64,000 nucleotides of DNA from Eledone cirrhosa (taxonomy: Eukaryota): the NCBI GenBank assembly GCA_964016885.1, contig OZ024744.1:11222001-11286000 (forward strand). The letters run 5' to 3'. Positions 25,691 through 41,400 of this stretch are shown one piece after another. Within the stretch, counting starts at the first letter, position 1; the number at the start of each line of letters is the position of its first letter. The notes under the pieces are model-generated. The model did no database searches. It had not been told where the DNA came from and was given only the letters and a program-made list of their open reading frames with translations. The translations under genes were made by a program, and so were the position numbers.

Positions 25691-26521
25691 ATATGTTGTG
25701 CTGTTGTACTCCAATATGTTGTGTTGTTGTACTCCAATATGTTGTGTTGTTATACTCCAATATGTTGTGCTGTTGTACTCCAATATTCCGTGTTGTTGTA
25801 CTCCAATACGTCGTGTTGTACTCCAATATGTTGTGTTGTTATACTCCAATATGTTATGTTGTTGTACTCCAATGTGTCTTGTTGTTGTACTCCAATATGT
25901 TTTGATGTTGTACTCCAATATGTTTTGTTGTTATTCTCCAATATGTTGTGATGTTGTACTCCAATGTGATGTGTTGTTGTACTCCAATATGTTGTGCTGT
26001 TGTACTCCAATATTTTTTGTTTTTTGTACTCCAATATGTTGTGTTGTTATACACCAATATGTTGTGTTGTTATACTCCAATATGGTGTGTTGTTGTACTC
26101 CAATATGTTGTATTGTTTTCTCCAATATGTCATGTTATACTCCAATATGGTGTGTTCGTGTACTCCAATATGTTGTGTTATTGTACTCCAATATGTTGCG
26201 TTGTTGTACTCCAATATGTTGTGTTGTTATACTCCAATATGTCGTGTGGCTGTACTCCAATATGTCATGTTGTTGTACTCCAATATGTCTTGTTATAGTC
26301 CAATATGTCGTGTTGTTGTACTCCAATATATCATGTAGTTGTACTCCAATATTTCGTGTTGTTGTACCCCAATATGTAGTGTTGTTTATACTCCAATATG
26401 TTTTGCTGTTGTACTCCAATATGTTGTGTTGCTGTACTCCTATATGTTGTGTTGTTATTCTCCAATATGTTGTGCTGTTGTACTCCAATGTGTTGTGTTG
26501 TTATACTCCAATGTGTTGTGT

Positions 26522-29500
26522 TGTTATACTCCAATATGTTGTGTTGTTGTAGTCCAATATGTTGTGTTGTTATACTCCAATATTTCGTGTGGTTGTACTC
26601 CAATATGTCATGGTGTTGTACTTCAATATGTCGTGTTGTTGTACTCCAATATGTTGTCTTGTTGTACTCCAATCTGTTGTATTGTTGTACTTCAATATGT
26701 TCTGTTCATGTACTCCAATATATTGTGTTGTTGTACTCCAATATGTTGTGTTGTTGTACTCCAATATGTTGTGCTTTTGTACTCCAATATGTTTTGCTGT
26801 TGTACTCCACTGTGTTGTGTTGTTGAACTCCAATATGTTGTGTTGTTGTTCTCCAATATTTTGTGCTGTTGTACTCCAATGTGTTGTGTTGTTATACTCC
26901 AATATGTTGTGTTGTGATACTCCAATGTGTTGTGTTGTTGTACTCCAATATGTTGTGTTGTTGTACTCCAATATGTTGTGTTGTTATACACCAATGTGGT
27001 GTGCTGTTGTAATCCAATATGTTATGTTGTACTCCAATATGTTGTGTTGTTATACTCCAATATGTAGTGTTGTTATACTCCAATATGTTGTGTTGTTGTA
27101 CTCCAATCTGTTGTGTTATACTCCAATATGTTGTGTTGTTATACTCCAATATGTTGTGTTGTTATACTCCAATATGGTGTGTTGTTGTACTCCAATATGT
27201 TGTATTGTTTTCTCCAATATGTCATGTTATACTCCAATATGGTGTGTTCGTGTACTCCAATATGTTGTGTTATTGTACTCCAATATGTTGCGTTGTTGTA
27301 CTCCAATATGTTGTGTTGTTATACTCCAATATGTCGTGTGGCTGTACTCCAATATGTCATGTTGTTGTACTCCAATATGTCTTGTTATAGTCCAATATGT
27401 CGTGTTGTTGTACTCCAATATATCATGTAGTTGTACTCCAATATTTCGTGTTGTTGTACCCCAATATGTAGTGTTGTTTATACTCCAATATGTTTTGCTG
27501 TTGTACTCCAATATGTTGTGTTGCTGTACTCCTATATGTTGTGTTGTTATTCTCCAATATGTTGTGCTGTTGTACTCCAATGTGTTGTGTTGTTATACTC
27601 CAATGTGTTGTGTTGTTATACTCCAATATGTTGTGTTGTTGTAGTCCAATATGTTGTGTTGTCGTACTCCAATATGTTGTGTTGTTATACTCCAATATTT
27701 CGTGTGGTTGTACTCCAATATGTCATGGTGTTGTACTTCAATATGTCGTGTTGTTGTACTCCAATATGTTGTCTTGTTGTACTCCAATCTGTTGTATTGT
27801 TGTACTTCAATATGTTCTGTTGTTGTACTCCAATATATTGTGTTGTTGTACTCCAATATGTTGTGTTGTTGTACTCCAATATGCTGTGTTGTTGTACTCC
27901 AATATGTTGTGTTGTTGTACTCCAATATGTTGAGTTGTTGTAGTCCAATATCTTGTGTTCTTATACTCCAATATGTTGTGTTGTTATACTCCTATATGTT
28001 GTGTTGTTGTACTCCAATATGTTGTGCTGTTGTACTCCAATATGATGTGCTGTTGTACTCCAATATGTTGTGTTGTTGTACTCCAATGTGTTGTGTTGTT
28101 GTACTCCAATATGTTGTGCCGTTGTACTCCAATATTTTTTTTGTTTTTGTACTCCAAAATATTGTGTTGTTATACTCCAATATGTTGTGTTGGTGTACTC
28201 CAATATGGTGTGCTGTTGTACTCCAAATCTCGTGTTGTTATACTCCAATGTGTTGTGTTGTTATACTCCAATATGGTGTGTTGTTGAACTCCAATATGTT
28301 GTATTGTTTTTCTCCAATATGTCATGTTATACTCCAATATGTTGTGTTCGTGTACTCCAATATGTTGTGTTATTGTACTCCAATATGTTGCGTTGTTGTA
28401 CTCCAATATGTTGTGTTGTTATACTCCAATATGTTGTGTTGTTGTACTCCAATATGTCATGTTGTTGTACTCCAGTATGTCTTGTTATACTCCAATATGT
28501 CGTGTTGCTGTACTCCAATATGTCATGCTGTTGTACTCCAATATTTCGTGTCGTTGTACGCCAATATGTTGTGCTTTTGTACTCCAATATGTTTTGCTGT
28601 TGTACTCCACTGTGTTGTGTTGTTGAACTCCAATATGTTGTGTTGTTGTTCTCCAATATTTTGTGCTGTTGTACTCCAATGTGTTGTGTTGTTATACTCC
28701 AATATGTTGTGTTGTGATACTCCAATGTGTTGTGTTGTTGTACTCCAATATGTTGTGTTGTTGTACTCCAATATGTTGTGTTGTTATACACCAATGTGGT
28801 GTGCTGTTGTAATCCAATATGTTATGTTGTACTCCAATATGTTGTGTTGTTATACTCCAATATGTAGTGTTGTTATACTCCAATATGTTGTGTTGTTGTA
28901 CTCCAATCTGTTGTGTTATACTCCAATATGTTGTGTTGTTGTACTCCAATATGTTGTATTGTTGTTCTCCAATATGTCATGCTATACTCCAATAAGTTGT
29001 GTTCTTGTACTCCAATATGTTTTGTTGTTGTACTCCAATATGTTGTGTTGTTGTACTCCAATATATCATGTTGTCGTACTCCAATAAGTCATGTTATACT
29101 CCAATATGTCGTTGTTATACTCCAATATGTCATGTTGCTGTACTCCAACATGTCGTGTTGTAGTACTCCAATATGTTTTGATGTTGTACTCCAATATGTT
29201 GTGTTGTTGTACTCCAATATGTTGTGTTGTTGTACTCCAATATGTTGTGTTGTTATACTCCAATATGTTGTGTTGTTATACTCCAATATGTTGTGCTGTT
29301 GTACTCCAATATGTCATGTTGTTGTACTCCGATATTTCGTGTTGTTCTACTCCAATATTTCGTGTTGTTGTACTCCAATATCTCGTGGTGTTGTACTCCA
29401 ATATGTTTTGATGTTGTACTCCAATATGTCGTGTTGTTGTACTCCAATATGTTGTGTTGTTGTACTCCAATATGCTGTGTTGTTATACTCCTATATGTTG

Positions 29501-32500
29501 TGCTGTTGTACTTCAATATGTTGTGTTCTAGTCCAATATGTTGTGTTGTTCTACTCCAATATGTTGTGTTGTTGTACTCCAATATGTGATGTTGTTGTAC
29601 TCCAATATGTCGTATTGTTGTACTCCAATATATTGTGTTGTTATACTCCAATATTTCGTGTTGTTTTAGTCCAATATGTCATGTTGTTTTACTCCAATAT
29701 TTCGTGTTGTTGTACTCCAATATGTCATGGTGTTGTACTTCAATATGTCGTATTGTTGTACTCAAATATGTTGTGTTGTTGTTCTCCAATATGTCGTGTT
29801 GTTATACTCCAATATGTTATGATGTTGTACTCCAATATATTGTGTTGTTGTACTCCAATATGTTGTGTTGCTGTACTCCAATATGTTGTGTCGTTGTACT
29901 CCAATATGTTGTGTTGTTGTACTCCAATATGTTGTGTTGTTGTACTCCAATATGTTGTTGTACTCCAATATGCCATGTTGTTATACTCCAATATTTCGTG
30001 GCGTTGTACTCCAATATGTCATGTTGTTGTACTCCAATATTTCGTGTTGTTGTACTCCAATATGTCGTAGGGGTTGTACTCCAATATGGTGTGTTGTTGT
30101 ACTCCAATATGCTGTGTTGCTGTACTCCAATAGGTTGTGTTGTTGTACTCCAATATGCTGTGTTGGCTGTGCTCCAATACGTTGTGTTGTTGTACTCCAA
30201 TATGTTGTGCTGCTGTACTCCAATATGTTGTGTTGTTGTACTCCAATATGTTGTGTTGTTGTACTCCAATATGTTGTGTTGTTGTACTCCAATCTATATC
30301 GCTGTTGTACTCCAATATGTTGTGTTGTTGTACTCCAATATGTTGTGTTGTTGTACTCCAAAATATTGTGTTGTTATACTCCAATATGTTGTGTTGTTAT
30401 ACTCCAATATGTTGTGCTGTTATACTCCAATATGTTGTGTTGTTGTACTCCAATATGTTGTGCTGTTATACTCCAATATTTTGTGTTGTTATACTCCAAT
30501 ATGTGGTATTGTTGTACTCCAATATGTTGTGCTGTTGTCCTCCAATATGTTGTGTTGTTATACTCCAACATGTTGTGTTGTTATACTCCAATATGTTGTG
30601 TTGTTATACTCGAATATTTTGTGTTGTTATACTCGAATATCTTGTGTTGTTATACTCGAATATGTTGTGCTGTTGTACTCCAATATGTCGTGTTGTTGTA
30701 CTCCAATATATCATGTAGTTGTACTCCAATATTTCGTGTTGTTGTACCCCAATATGTAGTGTTGTTTATACTCCAATATGTTTTGTTGTTGTACTCCAAT
30801 ATGATGTGCTGTTGTACTCCAATATGTTGTATTGTTGTTCTCCAATATGTCATGTTATACTCCAATAAGTTGTGTTCTTGTACTCCAATATGTTGTGTTG
30901 TTGTACTCCAATATATCATGTTGTCGTACTCCAATATGTCATGTTATACTCCAATATGTCATTGTTGTACTCCAATATGTCATTGTTGTACTCCAATATG
31001 TCGTGTCGTTGTACTCCAATATGTCGTGTTGTTGTACTCCAATATGCTGTGTTGTTATACTCCAATATGTTGTGTTGTTGTACTCCAATATGTTGTGTTG
31101 TTATACTCCAATATGTTGTGTTGTTGTACTCCAATATGTCATGTTGTTGTACTCCAATATGTTGCGTTGTTGTACTCCAATATATCATGTTGTCGTACTC
31201 CAATATGTTTTGATGTTGTACTCCAATATGTTGTGTTGTTGTACTCCAATATGTTGTGTAGTCGTACTCCAATATGTTGTGTTGTTGTACTCCAATATGC
31301 TGTGATGTTGTACTCCAATATGATGTGCTGTTGTACTCCAATGCGTTGTGTTGTTGTACTCCAATATGCTGTGTTGTTATACTCCAATATGTTGTGTTGT
31401 TATACTCCAATCTGTTGTGTTGTTATACTCCAATATATTGTGTTGTTATACTCCAATATGTTGTGTTGTTTTACTCCAATATCTTGTATTGTTGTTCTCC
31501 AATATGTCATGTTATACTCCAATAAGTTGTGTTCTTGTACTCCAATATGTTGTGTTGTTGTACTCCAATATGTTGTGTTGTTGTACTCCAATATATCATG
31601 TTGTCGTACTCCAATATGTCATGTTATACTCCAATGTGTCATTGTTGTACTCCAATATGTCGTGTTGTTGTACTCCAATATGTCGTGTTGTTGTACTCCA
31701 ATATGTTGTGTTGTTGTACTCCAATATGTTGTGTTGTTGTACTCCAATATGTTGTGTTGTTATACTCCAATATGTTATGTTGTTGTACTCCAATATGTCA
31801 TGTTGTTGTACTCCAATATGTTTTGATGTTGTACTCCAATATGTCGTGTTGTTATACTCCAATATGTTATGATGTTGTACTCCAATATATTGTGTTGTTG
31901 TACTCCAATATGTTGTGTTGCTGTACTCCAATATGTTGTGTCGTTGTACTCCAATACGTTGTGTTGTTGTACTCCAATATGTTGTGTTGTTGTACTCCAA
32001 TATGTTGTTGTACTCCAATATGCCATGTTGTCGTACTCCAATATTTCGTGTTGTTGTACTCCAATATGTCATGATGTTGTACTCCAATATGTTGTGTTGT
32101 TGTACTCCAATATGTTGTGTTGTTGTACTCCAATATGTTGTGTTGTTGTACTCCAATATGTTGTGTTGTTGTACTCCAATATGTTGTGTTGTTGTACTCC
32201 AATATGTTGTGTTGTTGTACTCCAATATGTTGTGTTGTTGTACTCCAATATGCCATGTTGTTATACTCCAATATGTGGTGGTGTTGTACTCCAATATGTC
32301 ATGTTGTTGTACTCCAATATTTCGTGTTGTTGTACTCCAATATGTCATAGGGGTTGTACTCCAATATGCTGTGTTGCTGTACTCCAATAGGTTGTGTTGT
32401 TGTACTCCAATATGTTGTGTTGTTGTACTCCAATCTATATCGCTGTTGTACTCCAATATGTTGTGTTGTTGTACTCCAATATGTTGTGCTGTTGTACTCC

Positions 32501-35500
32501 AATATGTTGTGCTGTTGTGCTCCAATATTTTGTGCTGTTATACTCCAATATATTGTGTTGTTATAATCCAATATGTTGTGTTGTTGTACTCCAAAATATT
32601 GTGTTGTTATACTCCAATATGTTGTGTTGTTATACTCCAATAAGTTGTGCTGTTATACTCCAATATGTTGTGTTGTTGTACTCCAATATGTTGTGCTGTT
32701 ATACTCCAATATTTTGTGTTGTTATACTCCAATATGTGGTATTGTTGTACTCCAATATGTTGTGCTGTTGTACTCCAATATGTTGTGTTGTTATACTCCA
32801 ACATGTTGTGTTGTTATACTCCAATATGTTGTGTTGTTATACTCGAATATGTTGTGTTGTTATACTCGAATATCTTGTGTTGTTATACTCGAATATGTTG
32901 TGCTGTTGTACTCCAATATGTCGTGTTGTTGTACTCCAATATATCATGTAGTTGTACTCCAATATTTCGTGTTGTTGTACCCCAATATGTAGTGTTGTTT
33001 ATACTCCAATATGTTTTGCTGTTGTACTCCAATATGTTGTGTTGCTGTACTCCAATATCTTGTGTTCTTATACTCCAATATGTTGTGTTGTTATACTCCA
33101 ATATGTTGTGTTGTTGTACTCCAATATGTTGTGCTGTTTTACTCCAATATGTTGTGTTGTTGTACTCCAATATGTTGTATTGTTTTTCTCCAATATGTCA
33201 TGTTATACTCCAATAAGTTGTGTTCTTGTACTCCAATATGTTGTGTTGTTGTACTCCAATATATCATGTTGTCGTACTCCAATATGTCATGTTATACTCC
33301 AATATGTCATTGTTGTACTCCAATATGTCGTGTTGTTGTACTCCAATATGTCGTGTTGTTGTACTCCAATATGTTGTGTTGTTGTACTCCAATATGTTGT
33401 GTTGTTGTACTCCAATATGTTGTGTTGTTATACTCCAATATGTTATGTTGTTGTACTCCAATATGTCATGTTGTTGTACTCCAATATGTTTTGATGTTGT
33501 ACTCCAATATGTTGTGTTGTTGTACTCCAATATGTTTTGATGTTGTAGTCCAATATGTTGTGTTGTTGTACTCCAATATGTTGTGTAGTCGTACTCCAAT
33601 ATGTTGTGTTGTTGTACTCCAATATGCTGTGATGTTGTACTCCAATATGATGTGCTGTTGTACTCCAATGCGTTGTGTTGTTGTACTCCAATATGCTGTG
33701 TTGTTATACTCCAATATGTTGTGTTGTTGTACTCCAATATGTTGTGTTGTTGTACTCCAATATGTTGTGTTGTTGTAATCCAATATCTTGTGTAGTTATA
33801 CTCCAATATGTTGTGCTGTTGTACTCCAATATGTTGAGTTGTTATACTCCAATATGTAGTGTTGTTATACTCCAATATGTTGTGTTGTTGTACTCCAATC
33901 TGTTGCGTTATACTCCAATATGTTGTGTTGTTATACTCCAATATGTTGTGTTGTTATACTCCAATATGTTGTGTTGTTTTACTCCAATATGTTGTATTGT
34001 TGATCTCCAATATGTCATATTATACTCCAATAAGTTGTGTTCTTGTACTCCAATATGTGTTGTTGTTGTACTCCAATATGTTGCGTTGTTGTACTCCAAT
34101 ATATCATGTTGTCATACTCCAATATGTCATGTTATACTCCAATATGTTTTGATGCTGTACTCCAATATGTTGTGTTGTTGTACTACAATATGTTGTGTTG
34201 TTGTACTCCAATATGTTGTGTTGTTATACTCCAATATGTTGTGCTGTTGTACTCCAATATGTTGTGTTGTTATACTCCAATATGTAGTGTTGTTATACTC
34301 CAATATGTTGTGTTGTTGTATTCCAATCTGTTGTGTTGTTATACTCCAATATATTGTGTTGTTATACTCCAATATGTTGTGTTGTTTTACTCCAATATGT
34401 TGTGTTGTTGTACTCCAATATGTTGTATTGTTGTTCTCCAATATGTCATGTTATACTCCAATAAGTTGTGTTCTTGTACTCCAATATGTTGTGTTGTTGT
34501 ACTCCAATATGTTGTGTTGTTGTACTCCAATATATCATGTTGTCGTACTCCAATATGTCATGTTATATTCCAATATGTCGTTGTTATACTCCAATATGTC
34601 ATGATGTTGTACTCCAATATGTCGTGTTCTTGTACTCCAATATGTCGTGTTGTCGTACTCCAATATGTTGTGTTGTTGTACTCCAATATGTTGTGCTGTT
34701 GTACTCCAATATGTTTGTTGTTGTACTCCAATATGTTGTGTTGTTATACTCCAATATGTTGTGTTGTTGTACTCCAATATTTCGTGTTGTTGTACTCCAA
34801 TACGTCGTGTTGTACTCCAATATGTTGTGTTGTTATACTCCAATATGTTATGTTGTTGTACTCCAATGTGTCTTGTTGTTGTACTCCAATATGTTTTGAT
34901 GTTGTACTCCAATATGTTGTGTTGTTGTACTCCAATATGTTTTGATGTTGTACTCCAATATGTTGTGTTGTTGTACTCCAATATGTTGTGTAGTCGTATT
35001 CCAATATGTTGTGTTGTTGTACTCTAATATGTTTTGTTGTTATTCTCCAATATGTTGTGATGTTGTACTCCAATGCGTTGTGTTGTTGTACTCCAATGTG
35101 ATGTGTTGTTGTACTCCAATATGTTGTGCTGTTGTACTCCAATATTTTTTTGTTTTTTGTACTCCAATATGTTGTGTTGTTATACTCCAATATGTTGTGT
35201 TGTTATACTCCAATATGGTGTGTTGTTGTACTCCAATATGTTGTATTGTTTTCTCCAATATGTCATGTTATACTCCAATATGGTGTGTTCGTGTACTCCA
35301 ATATGTTGTGTTATTGTACTCCAATATGTTGCGTTGTTGTACTCCAATATGTTGTGTTGTTATACTCCAATATGTCATGTGGCTGTACTCCAATATGTCA
35401 TGTTGTTGTACTCCAATATGTCTTGTTATAGTCCAATATGTCGTGTTGTTGTACTCCAATATATCATGTAGTTGTACTCCAATATTTCGTGTTGTTGTAC

Positions 35501-38434
35501 CCCAATATGTAGTGTTGTTTATACTCCAATATGTTTTGCTGTTGTACTCCAATATGTTGTGTTGCTGTACTCCTATATGTTGTGTTGTTATTCTCCAATA
35601 TGTTGTGCTGTTGTACTCCAATGTGTTGTGTTGTTATACTCCAATGTGTTGTGTTGTTATACTCCAATATGTTGTGTTGTTGTAGTCCAATATGTTGTGT
35701 TGTCGTACTCCAATATGTTGTGTTGTTATACTCCAATATTTCGTGTGGTTGTACTCCAGTATGTCATGGTGTTGTACTTCAATATGTCGTGTTGTTGTAC
35801 TCCAATATGTTGTCTTGTTGTACTCCAATCTGTTGTATTGTTGTACTTCAATATGTTCGGTTGTTGTACTCCAATATATTGTGTTGTTGTACTCCAATAT
35901 GTTGTGTTGTTGTACTCCAATATGCTGTGTTGTTGTACTCCAATATGTTGTGTTGTTGTACTCCAATATGTTGTGTTGTTGTACTCCAATATCTTGTGTT
36001 CTTATACTCCAATATGTTGTGTTGTTATACTCCAATATATTGTGTTGTTGTACTCCAATATGTTGTGCTGTTGTACTCCAATATGATGTGCTGTTGTACT
36101 CCAATATGTTGTGTTGTTGTACTCCAATGTGTTGTGTTGTTGTACTCCAATATGTTGTGCCGTTGTACTCCAATATTTTTTTGTTTTTGTACTCCAAAAT
36201 GTTGTGTTGTTATACTCCAATATGTTGTGTTGGTGTACTCCAATATGGTGTGCTGTTGTACTCCAAATCTCGTGTTGTTATACTCCAATGTGTTGTGTTG
36301 TTATACTCCAATATGGTGTGTTGTTGAACTCCAATATGTTGTATTGTTTTTCTCCAATATGTCATGTTATACTCCAATATGTCGTGTTGCTGTACTCCAA
36401 TATGTCATGCTGTTGTACTCCAATATGTTTTGCTGTTGTACTCCACCGTGTTGTGTTGTTGAACTCCAATACGTTGTGTTGTTGTTCTCCAATATTTTGT
36501 GCTGTTGTACTCCAATTTGTGTTGTTGTACTCCAATATGTTGTGTTGTTGTACTCCAATATGTTGTGTTGTTGTACTCCAATATGTTGTGTTGTTATACT
36601 CCAATATGTTGTGCTGTTGTACTCCAATATTTCGTGTTGTTGTACTCCAATACGTCGTGTTGTTGTACTCCAATATGTTTTGATGTTGTACTCAAATATG
36701 TTGTGTTGTTGTACTCCAATATGTTTTGATGTTGTACTCCAATATGTTGTGTTGTTGTACTCCAATATGTTGTGTAGTCTTACTCCAATATGTTGTGTTG
36801 TTGTACTCCAATATGCTGTGATGTTGTACTCCAATATGATGTGATGTTGTACTCCAATGCGTTGTGTTGTTGTACTCCAATGTGATGTGTTGTTGTACTC
36901 CAATATGTTGTGCCATTGTACTCCAATATTTTTTATATTTGTACTCCAATATGTTGTGTTGTTATACTCCAATATGTTGTGCTGTTGTACTCCAAATCTC
37001 GTGTTGTTATACTCCAATGTGTTGTGTTGTTATACTCCAATATGGTGTGTTGTTGTAGTCCAATATGTTGTATTGTTTTTTTCCAATGTGTCATGTTATA
37101 CTCCAATATGTTGTGTTCGTGTACTCCAATATGTTGTGTTATTGTACTCCAATATGTTGCGTTGTTGTACTCCAATATGTTGTGTTGTTATACTCCAATA
37201 TGTTGTGTTGTTGTACTGCAATATGTTGTCTTGTTGTACTCCAAAAGGCCATGTTATCGTACTCCAATATGTCTTGTTATACTCCAATATGTCGTGTGGC
37301 TGTACTCCAATATGTCATGTTGTTGTACTCCAATATGTCTTGTTATAGTCCAATATGTCGTGTTGTTGTACTCCAATATGTCATGTAGTTGTATTCCAAT
37401 ATTTCGTGTTGTTGTACCCCAATATGTCGTGTTGTTTATACTCCAATATGTTTTGCTGTTGTACTCCAATATGTTGTGTTGCTGTATTCCAATATGTTGT
37501 GTTGTTATTCTCCAATATGTTGTGCTGTTGTACTCCAATGTGTTATGTTGTTATACTCCAATATGTTGTGCTGTGCTACTCCAATATATTGTGTTGTTGT
37601 ACTCCAATGTGTTGTGTTGTTATACTCCAATATGTTGTGTTGATTTACTCCAATATGTTGTGTTGTTGTACTCCAATCTGTTGTGTTGTTATACTCCAAT
37701 ATGTTGTGTTGTTATACTCCAATATGTTGTGTTGTTTTACTCCAATATGTTGTGTTGTTGTACTCCAATATGTTGTGTTGTTGTACTCCAATATGTTGTG
37801 TTGTTGTGATCCAATATCTTGTGTTGTTATACTCCAATATGTTGTGTTGTTGTACTCCAATATGTTGTGTTGTTATACTCCAATATGTTGTGTTGTGATA
37901 CTCCAATATGTTGTGCTGTTGTACTCCAATATGTTGTGTTGTTATACTCCAATATGTTGTGTTGTTTTACTCCAATATGTTGTGTTGTTGTACTCCAATA
38001 TGTTGTATTGTTGTTCTCCAATATGTCATGTTATACTCCAATAAGTTGTGTTCTTGTACTCCAATATGTTGTGTTGTTATACTCCAATATATCATGTTGT
38101 CGTACTCCAATATGTCATGTTATACTCCAATATGTCGTTGTTATACTCCAATATGTCATGTTGTTGTACTCCAATATGTCGTATTGTTATACTCCAATAT
38201 GTTTTGATGTTGTACTCCAATATGTTGTGTAGTCGTACTCCAATATGTTGTATTGTTATACTCCATTATGTTGTGCTGTTGTACTCCAATATGTTCTGTT
38301 GTTGTACTCCAATATATTGTGTTGTTGTACTCCAATATGTCGTGTTGTTGTACTCCAATATGTTGTGTTGTTATACTCCAATATGTAGTGTTGTTATACT
38401 CCAATATGTTGTGTTGTTGTACTCCAATCTGTTG
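26522..38434 (+). repeat. ~11.9 kb higher-order repeat, copy 1 of a near-identical tandem duplication
   Basis: Matching ORF-track peptides recur at a constant offset of 11913 (26559/38472, 27651/39564, 29865/41778, 31596/43509, 33675/45588), then 11914 (35531/47445, 36910/48824, 38048/49962). Rare markers repeat at the same offset (AAAAGGCC ~37243/49157; ACTCGA triplets 30608/42521 and 32841/44754). Confidence 0.95.
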
Positions 38435-41400
38435 TGTTATACTCCAATATGTTGTGTTGTTGTAGTCCAATATGTTGTGTTGTTATACTCCAATATTTCG
38501 TGTGATTGTACTCCAATATGTCATGGTGTTGTACTTCAATATGTCGTGTTGTTGTACTCCAATATGTTGTCTTGTTGTACTCCAATCTGTTGTATTGTTG
38601 TACTTCAATATGTTCTGTTCATGTACTCCAATATATTGTGTTGTTGTACTCCAATATGTTGTGTTGTTGTACTCCAATATGTTGTGCTTTTGTACTCCAA
38701 TATGTTTTGCTGTTGTACTCCACTGTGTTGTGTTGTTGAACTCCAATATGTTGTGTTGTTGTTCTCCAATATTTTGTGCTGTTGTACTCCAATGTGTTGT
38801 GTTGTTATACTCCAATATGTTGTGTTGTGATACTCCAATGTGTTGTGTTGTTGTACTCCAATATGTTGTGTTGTTGTACTCCAATATGTTGTGTTGTTAT
38901 ACACCAATGTGGTGTGCTGTTGTAATCCAATATGTTATGTTGTACTCCAATATGTTGTGTTGTTATACTCCAATATGTAGTGTTGTTATACTCCAATATG
39001 TTGTGTTGTTGTACTCCAATCTGTTGTGTTATACTCCAATATGTTGTGTTGTTATACTCCAATATGTTGTGTTGTTATACTCCAATATGGTGTGTTGTTG
39101 TACTCCAATATGTTGTATTGTTTTCTCCAATATGTCATGTTATACTCCAATATGGTGTGTTCGTGTACTCCAATATGTTGTGTTATTGTACTCCAATATG
39201 TTGCGTTGTTGTACTCCAATATGTTGTGTTGTTATACTCCAATATGTCGTGTGGCTGTACTCCAATATGTCATGTTGTTGTACTCCAATATGTCTTGTTA
39301 TAGTCCAATATGTCGTGTTGTTGTACTCCAATATATCATGTAGTTGTACTCCAATATTTCGTGTTGTTGTACCCCAATATGTAGTGTTGTTTATACTCCA
39401 ATATGTTTTGCTGTTGTACTCCAATATGTTGTGTTGCTGTACTCCTATATGTTGTGTTGTTATTCTCCAATATGTTGTGCTGTTGTACTCCAATGTGTTG
39501 TGTTGTTATACTCCAATGTGTTGTGTTGTTATACTCCAATATGTTGTGTTGTTGTAGTCCAATATGTTGTGTTGTCGTACTCCAATATGTTGTGTTGTTA
39601 TACTCCAATATTTCGTGTGGTTGTACTCCAATATGTCATGGTGTTGTACTTCAATATGTCGTGTTGTTGTACTCCAATATGTTGTCTTGTTGTACTCCAA
39701 TCTGTTGTATTGTTGTACTTCAATATGTTCTGTTGTTGTACTCCAATATATTGTGTTGTTGTACTCCAATATGTTGTGTTGTTGTACTCCAATATGCTGT
39801 GTTGTTGTACTCCAATATGTTGTGTTGTTGTACTCCAATATGTTGAGTTGTTGTAGTCCAATATCTTGTGTTCTTATACTCCAATATGTTGTGTTGTTAT
39901 ACTCCTATATGTTGTGTTGTTGTACTCCAATATGTTGTGCTGTTGTACTCCAATATGATGTGCTGTTGTACTCCAATATGTTGTGTTGTTGTACTCCAAT
40001 GTGTTGTGTTGTTGTACTCCAATATGTTGTGCCGTTGTACTCCAATATTTTTTTTGTTTTTGTACTCCAAAATATTGTGTTGTTATACTCCAATATGTTG
40101 TGTTGGTGTACTCCAATATGGTGTGCTGTTGTACTCCAAATCTCGTGTTGTTATACTCCAATGTGTTGTGTTGTTATACTCCAATATGGTGTGTTGTTGA
40201 ACTCCAATATGTTGTATTGTTTTTCTCCAATATGTCATGTTATACTCCAATATGTTGTGTTCGTGTACTCCAATATGTTGTGTTATTGTACTCCAATATG
40301 TTGCGTTGTTGTACTCCAATATGTTGTGTTGTTATACTCCAATATGTTGTGTTGTTGTACTCCAATATGTCATGTTGTTGTACTCCAGTATGTCTTGTTA
40401 TACTCCAATATGTCGTGTTGCTGTACTCCAATATGTCATGCTGTTGTACTCCAATATTTCGTGTCGTTGTACGCCAATATGTTGTGCTTTTGTACTCCAA
40501 TATGTTTTGCTGTTGTACTCCACTGTGTTGTGTTGTTGAACTCCAATATGTTGTGTTGTTGTTCTCCAATATTTTGTGCTGTTGTACTCCAATGTGTTGT
40601 GTTGTTATACTCCAATATGTTGTGTTGTGATACTCCAATGTGTTGTGTTGTTGTACTCCAATATGTTGTGTTGTTGTACTCCAATATGTTGTGTTGTTAT
40701 ACACCAATGTGGTGTGCTGTTGTAATCCAATATGTTATGTTGTACTCCAATATGTTGTGTTGTTATACTCCAATATGTAGTGTTGTTATACTCCAATATG
40801 TTGTGTTGTTATACTCCAATCTGTTGTGTTATACTCCAATATGTTGTGTTGTTGTACTCCAATATGTTGTATTGTTGTTCTCCAATATGTCATGCTATAC
40901 TCCAATAAGTTGTGTTCTTGTACTCCAATATGTTTTGTTGTTGTACTCCAATATGTTGTGTTGTTGTACTCCAATATATCATGTTGTCGTACTCCAATAA
41001 GTCATGTTATACTCCAATATGTCGTTGTTATACTCCAATATGTCATGTTGCTGTACTCCAACATGTCGTGTTGTAGTACTCCAATATGTTTTGATGTTGT
41101 ACTCCAATATGTTGTGTTGTTGTACTCCAATATGTTGTGTTGTTGTACTCCAATATGTTGTGTTGTTATACTCCAATATGTTGTGTTGTTATACTCCAAT
41201 ATGTTGTGCTGTTGTACTCCAATATGTCATGTTGTTGTACTCCGATATTTCGTGTTGTTCTACTCCAATATTTCGTGTTGTTGTACTCCAATATCTCGTG
41301 GTGTTGTACTCCAATATGTTTTGATGTTGTACTCCAATATGTCGTGTTGTTGTACTCCAATATGTTGTGTTGTTGTACTCCAATATGCTGTGTTGTTATA

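Noticed and set aside
32080-32240. Nucleosome-length periodicity (7-8 monomers = 161-184 bp)
   Set aside because: I see no consistent 7- or 8-monomer higher-order period in the variant pattern, so the match is only arithmetic.
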